Shown here: positions 22,364 to 29,785 of the stretch, in pieces | Numbering within the stretch: the stretch's first letter is position 1 | How the letters are laid out: each line of letters opens with the position of its first letter | NCBI GenBank assembly: GCA_028716665.1 | Contig: JAQUPP010000001.1 | Coordinates: 1-35,312, forward strand | Reading direction: 5' to 3' | Origin: Patescibacteria group bacterium | GTDB lineage: Bacteria; Patescibacteriota; Patescibacteriia; UBA2591; JAQUPP01 | DNA: 35,312 nucleotides | Position numbers and translations under genes: made by a program | Notes under the pieces: model-generated | The model's database searches: none | What the model saw: only the letters and a program-made list of their open reading frames with translations | Told to the model about the DNA's origin: nothing

Positions 22364-23899
22364 ATGCGAAAGATTTTTTATTCAAAAATCATTTTGATTT
22401 TAGGACTGTCATCAGCCTTACTTTTGACTTTTCCAAATCAAACTTTCGCTCAATCGGATTATCAGGCTCAAAGATTAGAACAAAGTTCTGCCGGCATACC
22501 GGAAGTAATCACGGGAGGAACGGTTGATTATTGGGTTAAATTTAAAAATACCGGTCAAATGTATTGGAGTGGCACCGGCCCACAAGCTATAACCTTACGA
22601 ACTGTCTCCGGAATGAAAAGTAAATTTGCTTATCCGACTTGGTATGACAATAATATGCCAAATCGAATTAATTCATTTTTAACAATTGACCCTCAAGGAG
22701 AAATAACTTTTAATTTTACTCTCTTGGCTCCCGGTCAACCCGGTTTATATTGGGAAAAATTAAATCTTTTTGCCGGTAATAATTTAATTCCTGGCGGAGA
22801 AATTGAAATTGCCTTAAAAGTAACTTCCAGTTCTTCTTCGGTAATTCCTGCCCCAACTCCTACTCCGACGCCCACCCCAACGCCCGTGCCTACTCCAACC
22901 CCAGCTCCGACAACAGGGACTTTCTGGAAAAGTATTCCATCTGAAATAACCATTGCCACTCAACCTCTTTTTCAATGCACCTCTGAGGGGCCGGATATAA
23001 GAGTCGGATTGCTTTATTTGGAAGAAAAAGAAAAAAAAGATTATTTGCCTTTTAAAATTTCAACTCTTGATAAAAAAGCTTACCAACTTCTTGATCAAAA
23101 TAATAAACTTTTAATTCGCGTCAGTGACGGCGGAATTATGGAAGTAGATTTTGACTTTAAACTGAAACGATATTTTATTCTCGACGACAAAGGAAAAAGA
23201 TTAATGATGTTGGACTCTTTTGTTAAATTTAAAGGAGATGATTCAATAATTTTTAAAATTCAAAGTTGGCAGAATGGTCCATTCTGGGATGGCGGAGAAA
23301 ATGATAATGAATTTCGAGGGGATATGGAAATACAATATAATGCTTCAACTCAACGCCTCTGGCTGATCAATCAATTGCCGATGGAAGATTATTTAAAAGG
23401 ATTGGGCGAGGCGGGAGATTCTTCACCAATAGAATTTTTAAAAGCTCAAGCAATTGCCGCCAGAACTTATGCTGCTTCCAGATATATCAGTCCAAAGTAT
23501 ACCAATACGCCAGACGGAGATTCTTTATTCACTGTACGTTCCACTCAGGCAGATCAAGTTTATCGCGGTTATCAACGGGAACTAAGAATGACAAATACTT
23601 TAACTGCTTTAGCCGCGACGCAAGGCGTAGTGGCGACTTATCAAAACAATCCAATTTCAGCTTATTATTTCGCTCAAAGCGATGGACGAACCAGATCTTC
23701 TATTGAAGCATCAATGACGGCAGCGCCAGTAGCTTATTTGATTTCCAAAACAGATCCACCCGGGGCAGGAAAAACTTTATTGGGACATGGCGTTGGGATG
23801 CCTCAACGCAGCGCAATTGTCGCCGCCAATCAAGGCGCAAATTTTTCTCAAATTTTAAAATATTATTACACCGGCATTGATTTGACTAAAATATATTAA
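22364..23899 (+). CDS. Secreted SpoIID/LytB-domain protein with an N-terminal Ig-like module and a Pro/Thr linker
   Basis: Signal peptide MRKIFYSKIILILGLSSALLLTFPNQTFA. Linker PAPTPTPTPTPTPVPTPTPAPT. C-terminal SpoIID motifs: AQAIAARTYA, VYRGY, ATQGVV, AYYFAQSDGRT, GHGVGMPQ. Confidence 0.85.
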   Translation: MRKIFYSKIILILGLSSALLLTFPNQTFAQSDYQAQRLEQSSAGIPEVITGGTVDYWVKFKNTGQMYWSGTGPQAITLRTVSGMKSKFAYPTWYDNNMPNRINSFLTIDPQGEITFNFTLLAPGQPGLYWEKLNLFAGNNLIPGGEIEIALKVTSSSSSVIPAPTPTPTPTPTPVPTPTPAPTTGTFWKSIPSEITIATQPLFQCTSEGPDIRVGLLYLEEKEKKDYLPFKISTLDKKAYQLLDQNNKLLIRVSDGGIMEVDFDFKLKRYFILDDKGKRLMMLDSFVKFKGDDSIIFKIQSWQNGPFWDGGENDNEFRGDMEIQYNASTQRLWLINQLPMEDYLKGLGEAGDSSPIEFLKAQAIAARTYAASRYISPKYTNTPDGDSLFTVRSTQADQVYRGYQRELRMTNTLTALAATQGVVATYQNNPISAYYFAQSDGRTRSSIEASMTAAPVAYLISKTDPPGAGKTLLGHGVGMPQRSAIVAANQGANFSQILKYYYTGIDLTKIY

Positions 23900-23904
23900 A
23901 AAAA

Positions 23905-23978
23905 CGGGCTGTAGTATACCGGTAGTACGTCTGCTTTGGGAGCAGATAGACTGGGTTCGATTCCCAGCAGCCCGACCA
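23905..23978 (+). tRNA. tRNA-Pro (anticodon TGG), CCA encoded
   Basis: Acceptor stem CGGGCTG/CAGCCCG, anticodon arm TCTGC-TTTGGGA-GCAGA, T-arm CTGGG-TTCGATT-CCCAG, then A-CCA. Confidence 0.9.
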
Positions 23979-24083
23979 TCCTTCGCCAAGGATACGGAAT
24001 GGCACAATAAAAATTTTGAATAAATTTAAAAACAGAAAGCTAAAAGCGGGCCTGCCCGCCGAAGCTTTTTGCAAAAAGCGTAG

Positions 24084-24157
24084 GCGGGTATCGTATAACG
24101 GTATTACCACAGCTTTCCAAGCTGTTGACAGGGGTCCGACTCCCCTTACCCGCTCCA
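24084..24157 (+). tRNA. tRNA-Gly (anticodon TCC), CCA encoded, unusual T-loop
   Basis: Acceptor stem GCGGGTA/TACCCGC, anticodon arm ACAGC-TTTCCAA-GCTGT, T-arm AGGGG-TCCGACT-CCCCT, then T-CCA. Confidence 0.85.
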
Positions 24158-24283
24158 CCACCAGAATGGCAATAAATGCTTGTTATGTATTTTTAAAAAA
24201 AGATTAGATTATAAAAAAAATAAATATAGATTTATTTATTAGAAGCAATGTTTCCGCATTTATAAAAAATACATTGCCATTCA

Positions 24284-24306
24284 GGTGGTGGAGCCCGCTC
24301 CAAAAT
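24284..24306 (+). repeat. Left copy of the 23-bp direct repeat flanking the GIY-YIG gene
   Basis: GGTGGTGGAGCCCGCTCCAAAAT, identical to 24582-24604. Confidence 0.9.
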
Positions 24307-24318
24307 TTCCAACTGATT

Positions 24319-24573
24319 ATGCTTTATGTATATTTATTAAAAAGTAAAAAAGATAAAAAATTATACATCGGTTTTACTGATGATTTGAAAAAACGTTTTA
24401 TTGAACATAGTAGAGGATTAGTCAAAGCGACTAAACCAAGACGTCCATTTGAAATAATTTATTACGAATCATATAAATCCAGAGAAGACGCTAAACAAAG
24501 AGAGTCTCGTTTAAAAAAATATAGTCGGGCTTATCATCAGCTTAAAATCAGAATAGAAAAAAGTTTAATGTAA
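24319..24573 (+). CDS. Stand-alone GIY-YIG nuclease domain protein (second copy)
   Basis: 84 aa from MLYVYLLKSKKDKKLYIGFTDDLKKRFIEHS...YYE...A..RE..LK. By eye it is roughly 40-45% identical to the 13797-14057 product. The tracked TTG-start extension (24274) runs through the flanking repeat and was discarded. Confidence 0.85.
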   Translation: MLYVYLLKSKKDKKLYIGFTDDLKKRFIEHSRGLVKATKPRRPFEIIYYESYKSREDAKQRESRLKKYSRAYHQLKIRIEKSLM

Positions 24574-24581
24574 AACATATT

Positions 24582-24604
24582 GGTGGTGGAGCCCGCTCCA
24601 AAAT
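24582..24604 (+). repeat. Right copy of the 23-bp direct repeat flanking the GIY-YIG gene
   Basis: GGTGGTGGAGCCCGCTCCAAAAT, beginning 9 nt after the GIY-YIG stop codon. Confidence 0.9.
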
Positions 24605-24608
24605 AAAA

Positions 24609-24644
24609 TAAATACCTGTTTTAAAAACAGGTATTTATTTTTTG
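24609..24644 (+). terminator. Intrinsic terminator
   Basis: AAATACCTGTT-TTAAA-AACAGGTATTT stem-loop, followed by ATTTTTTG. Confidence 0.7.
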
Positions 24645-24791
24645 AATATATTTTTACTCCAGCCGATCCGCTTGTGTCAATTCGCTATAAAATTTCGCAA
24701 TGGCTATTGTTGAACTTCGTTAAATATAGTATAATAATATCAGTCGAACAATAACAATTAAAATAATTTACAAAATTTAATTATTAAAATT

Positions 24792-25556
24792 ATGGGAATA
24801 CTTTTAACTTGGCCAATCTTAATAATCATTATTTTCTTTTTCCTCTCCGGTCTAAGAGTTATTGATCAATATGAACGAGCTGTTGTCTTAACGCTTGGAA
24901 AATATACCGGAACAAAACAGCCGGGATTAACTTGGATTTTCCCAGGTTTTCAAAGAATGATAAAAATTGATATGCGTATCACGACTACTGACATTCCTCA
25001 ACAAGAAGTAATTACGAAAGATAATGTTCCTGTCGGTATAAATGCTGTCGTGTATTTTCAGGTGCAATCCGCGGAAAATGCAATTTTAAATATTAAAGAT
25101 TATACTCTTGCCGTTTCTCAATATGCTCAAGCCGCTCTCAGAGACGTAATAGGCGGCATTGAACTTGATTCTTTGCTTTCGGAAAGAGAAAAAATAGCGG
25201 AAGAAATTCAAAAAATTGTCGTAGCCGCCACTCAATCATGGGGCATATTGGTTACAGACATAAAAATACAGGATATTGAATTGCCGGCTGATATGAAGCG
25301 CGTTATGGCAAAACAAGCCGAATCTGAACGAGAACGACGCGCCATTATCATCAGGGCAGAAGGAGAATTTCAGGCCTCCGAGCGTTTAGCCCAGGCAGCT
25401 CAAGTGCTTAGTTCAGTTTCCGGCGGTCTTTCAATGAGAACTCTGCAAACTATTGAAAAAATAAATCCCGATCCGTCAAAAACAGTAATCTTTGCCTTGC
25501 CGGTTGAAGTACTGGAAGGAATAAAAGCAATTTCTCAGGCAGTCAAACCAAAATAA
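24792..25556 (+). CDS. SPFH/Band 7 (stomatin/slipin-like) membrane protein
   Basis: 254 aa. N-terminal TM segment, then YERAVVLTLGKY...PGLTWIFP, a coiled-coil AKQAESERERRA, and no adjacent NfeD gene. Confidence 0.9.
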   Translation: MGILLTWPILIIIIFFFLSGLRVIDQYERAVVLTLGKYTGTKQPGLTWIFPGFQRMIKIDMRITTTDIPQQEVITKDNVPVGINAVVYFQVQSAENAILNIKDYTLAVSQYAQAALRDVIGGIELDSLLSEREKIAEEIQKIVVAATQSWGILVTDIKIQDIELPADMKRVMAKQAESERERRAIIIRAEGEFQASERLAQAAQVLSSVSGGLSMRTLQTIEKINPDPSKTVIFALPVEVLEGIKAISQAVKPK

Positions 25557-25571
25557 TAATGAAATAAATCC

Positions 25572-26486
25572 TTATTTTATTTCTCCCAAAAAAGATTCAG
25601 CCAGTTTGGCGGTTTCAATGTTTGGTTGATAAAAATTCTTCCAAACAACGACAATATCAGCATCATTAAAAATTGCTCGTTGCACTTCTCTAATAGTATC
25701 TCCTCCGGCTACGGCGACTAAAATATTATAATTTCCCTTAATCTGTTTTATTTGATAATAAGGAATTTGCTTTTCTTTGGAAAATTCGCTTTCATCGACT
25801 CCCCTGTGCAGTATCACTGCATTGGGGAGTTTTTTTAATTTTTTTAAAACCAAAAGAGCATTTTCAACATTCATCATGTCAATCATTGAATCAATATTGA
25901 ATTTTTCGCATTCCTCTATAAAACTATCAATCGTTTCAATCGGCGCGACCCCAAGACAAGTTGACGCATTAGCACCGGCGTTGGCCATCATCTCCACTTC
26001 GCGTGCCGCTAAATCCGCGCATTTATTGTCAGCAACTATGTAAGTTCCGGCGGAAGCCATATTTCTAATTTGCGAAATAGCGCCTGCCCCATATATTTTT
26101 ATCAAAGGCGTTCCGGCTTCAATTAAGATTCTATCCGAAACCGGAATTTGCGAAATAATTTCTCTCGCCTCTTCAAGCGTGCTGTTAAGGGCGATTTGAA
26201 GATATTTTTTGTTTTTTACCAGTCTTATTTGATTGGACAAAGGATGAACAACAAGAGGCTTAATTGAAGTTATTTTTTCAATAATTAATTGCTCCATTGT
26301 TTGATTATCTGTATTATTTACTATATTTTTTTTAATTAAATCAAAAAACGAAGATTTGGGATTTTTTTTGACATAAATAATAAGTATAATTATTAAAATT
26401 ATACTTAAACTTGGATTTATAATCATTGCAATAATAATTGCCAAGATGATCGGGTTAAATTTATTTTTTATATTTTTCGTCGGCAT
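25572..26486 (-). CDS. 3-hexulose-6-phosphate synthase-like (OMP decarboxylase superfamily) paralogue with an N-terminal TM extension
   Basis: 304 aa. Residues 1-40 are hydrophobic (IILAIIIAMIINPSLSIILIIILIIYV). The C-terminal ~210 aa carry LQIALN, IEAGTPLIK, VADNKCAD, MIDMMNVE, LHRGVDE, AVAGG. Confidence 0.6.
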   Translation of the reverse strand: MPTKNIKNKFNPIILAIIIAMIINPSLSIILIIILIIYVKKNPKSSFFDLIKKNIVNNTDNQTMEQLIIEKITSIKPLVVHPLSNQIRLVKNKKYLQIALNSTLEEAREIISQIPVSDRILIEAGTPLIKIYGAGAISQIRNMASAGTYIVADNKCADLAAREVEMMANAGANASTCLGVAPIETIDSFIEECEKFNIDSMIDMMNVENALLVLKKLKKLPNAVILHRGVDESEFSKEKQIPYYQIKQIKGNYNILVAVAGGDTIREVQRAIFNDADIVVVWKNFYQPNIETAKLAESFLGEIK

Positions 26487-27157
26487 TATTTTTTGATCGT
26501 TTTTAAAAATTCCTGCGCTAAATTAGCGGTATTTTCCGGTGATTCGTAAAAGGATTGCCAAATTACAGCAATATTAGAATCATTAAAAAAAGTTCTTACA
26601 ACATCGCGCGGGGTTTCTCCACCAGCAACTGATATCAAAACATTGCCATAAGTTCCTTTTATCCTGTGAATTTGATCATGCGGAATTTTTTTCTCTCTGT
26701 TTTTTTCTTTTTCATCTGCCCCGCGGTGCAATACAACCACGGTAGGAAGTTTTTTTAATTTTTGTAAAATTTCAAACGGAAATTCAACATTCATCATGTC
26801 AATCATTGAATCAATATTGAATTTTTCGCATTCTCTAATAAATTCATTTATAGTTTCCGCCGGCGCCAAACCCAAGCAGGTAGCCGCGGAGGCGCCTGCC
26901 TCGGCAACTGCTTCAACTTCTCTTGAGCCCCTGTCCATACATTTTAAATCAGCAACAATATATCCCGGTTTCTGTATTTTATCGCTCCACCAATTTTTTA
27001 ATGCAATAATGCCTTTCTGTCCGTATTTTTTTATCAAAGGCGTTCCGGCTTCAATAATTATTTTTTCCGAAGCAGGAAGCATCGCGATCATATTTCTTAC
27101 TTCATCAAGAGAGCGATTAAAAGCTATTTGTAAATATTTTGATCTTTGATTAAGCAT
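26486..27157 (-). CDS. 3-hexulose-6-phosphate synthase-like (OMP decarboxylase superfamily) protein
   Basis: 223 aa. Motifs: LQIAFN, IIEAGTPLIKKYG, VADLKCMDRG, AEAGASAATCLG, MIDMMNVE, LHRGADE, SVAGGETP. Its stop overlaps the downstream start (TAATG). Confidence 0.65.
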   Translation of the reverse strand: MLNQRSKYLQIAFNRSLDEVRNMIAMLPASEKIIIEAGTPLIKKYGQKGIIALKNWWSDKIQKPGYIVADLKCMDRGSREVEAVAEAGASAATCLGLAPAETINEFIRECEKFNIDSMIDMMNVEFPFEILQKLKKLPTVVVLHRGADEKEKNREKKIPHDQIHRIKGTYGNVLISVAGGETPRDVVRTFFNDSNIAVIWQSFYESPENTANLAQEFLKTIKK

Positions 27158-27185
27158 AAATATACGCGATCCCTATAATTTTATT

Positions 27186-27875
27186 TTATAAATCCTTGGT
27201 TGATCTTAAAACTTTTATTCCTTGATTCCTGGATATTAAAGATAAAATTCTGTCTTCGGAAATCACCACCAGTTTATTTTCAATTTTTTTGCGCCTGAGC
27301 AAAAAAATGGCCGCGGCTAAAATTCTCAAATCCGTGCTGCCGACCAAATCGCCCAAACTCATTTCCGGATCAAATTTCTGGCTTCTCTTTTTCAAGAGAG
27401 CTTTTAATTCTTTTTTAATTTCCGGATCCAAATCATCAACTTTTCTCCTGCTGATCCATCCCACAATTCCGGTTCCGCGGGAAGAAATGATTTTCCAATA
27501 ATGTTTGTTTAACATTTGCGTCATAATCACTTCCGCTCTCTGCGCCGCTTCTTTGGTTTTCTTGATGAGAATCTCAGATTTTAACGGCGTTTTGGCAACC
27601 AAGCAATCTTCTTTGTCGGGTTCTTCAACGCACACAAGTTCCGGATTGACCATCCTTCCGATTTGCTGCCAAACAGAACGCGGAACCCAAATATTTTTCA
27701 AGCAAGCCAATCTTTCTATTTCACGGCTGCTTAAAAGCGCGCAAGTATCAACGACAATATGGATTTGCTTGTATTTTAAAGCCCAAATTTTATAATAAAA
27801 TCTTTTTATTATTCTGATCGGAGTCCATCGGCCGATAGTTCTGAATAAATATTTTTTCTTTTTTTGATATAACAT
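27186..27875 (-). CDS. Hypothetical protein, possibly a PIN-like nuclease domain with an insertion
   Basis: 229 aa. HIVVDTCALL near the N-terminus, and GSTDLRILAAA and VVISEDRIL near the C-terminus, resemble PIN acidic motifs. The assignment is weak. Confidence 0.35.
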   Translation of the reverse strand: MLYQKKKKYLFRTIGRWTPIRIIKRFYYKIWALKYKQIHIVVDTCALLSSREIERLACLKNIWVPRSVWQQIGRMVNPELVCVEEPDKEDCLVAKTPLKSEILIKKTKEAAQRAEVIMTQMLNKHYWKIISSRGTGIVGWISRRKVDDLDPEIKKELKALLKKRSQKFDPEMSLGDLVGSTDLRILAAAIFLLRRKKIENKLVVISEDRILSLISRNQGIKVLRSTKDL

Positions 27876-27878
27876 AAA

Positions 27879-29015
<1,137 letters not shown>

Positions 29016-29060
29016 TCAAAATGACAAATTAATTTTACATTTTGATTTTTAAATTTTAAT

Positions 29061-29774
29061 TTACTTAAGATGCCATCGATAGAACTTTTTAATAACATTC
29101 TGAGCGGCTAAAAAACTTTTTTCGTCAAAATGCCAATTTTCCAAATAATCAAAATTTTTATATAAAAGATTATGTAAAATTTCCAAAGTTCTTGAATTAA
29201 TTCTTACCGCCGATATTCGGCTTTCCCTGCATTTAAAACAGCAGATTCCGCCTTTTTCAAAATCAAAATAAATATTTTCCCCCAATAACTTGGCATCTTT
29301 ACGGCAGTCAAAACATTGTTTTATTTCCGGCCGATAACCCAATAAAGATAACAATTTAATCAGACAAGCATAATAAATAATTTGAACTTTCCCCGGGTTA
29401 ATCTGGTCAATTTTTTCTAAAAATCTTATCAATAAAACTGAAATTTTTGAATCAGGCCTGTGAAGATTTATCAGAACGCTAATCCGACGGAATAAATTGG
29501 TAGCGTGAATTATTTTTTTATAATCTCCGCTGACGCCCTTAAAATATCTTTTAACTTCTCCGCCAATTAAATGATAAAAGCTTTTTCCCGGCGCGACAAC
29601 CAGCTCCAATAAAGCGAATGGCGAAACGAAAGGATTTAATTTGCTTTTTATTTTTCGCGCTCCTCTCACCAAAATTTCAATTTTACCCAATTCCTGAGAA
29701 TAAAAAATTAAAACGCGATCATTTTCCCTGAAATTTTGAGATTCCAAAATAATTCCATTAAGATGAGAAGTCAT
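29061..29774 (-). CDS. recO: DNA repair protein RecO
   Basis: 237 aa. N-terminal OB fold (GIILESQNFRENDRVLIFYSQELGKIEILVRGARK) and a C4 zinc finger (CFDC...CCFKC). Confidence 0.85.
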   Translation of the reverse strand: MTSHLNGIILESQNFRENDRVLIFYSQELGKIEILVRGARKIKSKLNPFVSPFALLELVVAPGKSFYHLIGGEVKRYFKGVSGDYKKIIHATNLFRRISVLINLHRPDSKISVLLIRFLEKIDQINPGKVQIIYYACLIKLLSLLGYRPEIKQCFDCRKDAKLLGENIYFDFEKGGICCFKCRESRISAVRINSRTLEILHNLLYKNFDYLENWHFDEKSFLAAQNVIKKFYRWHLK

Positions 29775-29785
29775 TTTTTTAAATT

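Noticed and set aside
22846-22915. Repetitive CCN-ACN DNA in the SpoIID-domain gene
   Set aside because: It simply encodes a Pro/Thr interdomain linker (PAPTPTPTPTPTPVPTPTPAPT), which is ordinary for secreted multidomain proteins.
23886-24207. ORFs 23886-24161 (minus strand, 91 aa) and 24016-24207 (plus strand, 63 aa)
   Set aside because: Both are superimposed on tRNA-Pro and tRNA-Gly and their spacer. The tRNA cloverleaves explain the sequence.
24274-24318. TTG-initiated extension of the second GIY-YIG ORF
   Set aside because: It reads through the 23-bp flanking direct repeat. The paralogue alignment starts at MLYVY (24319).
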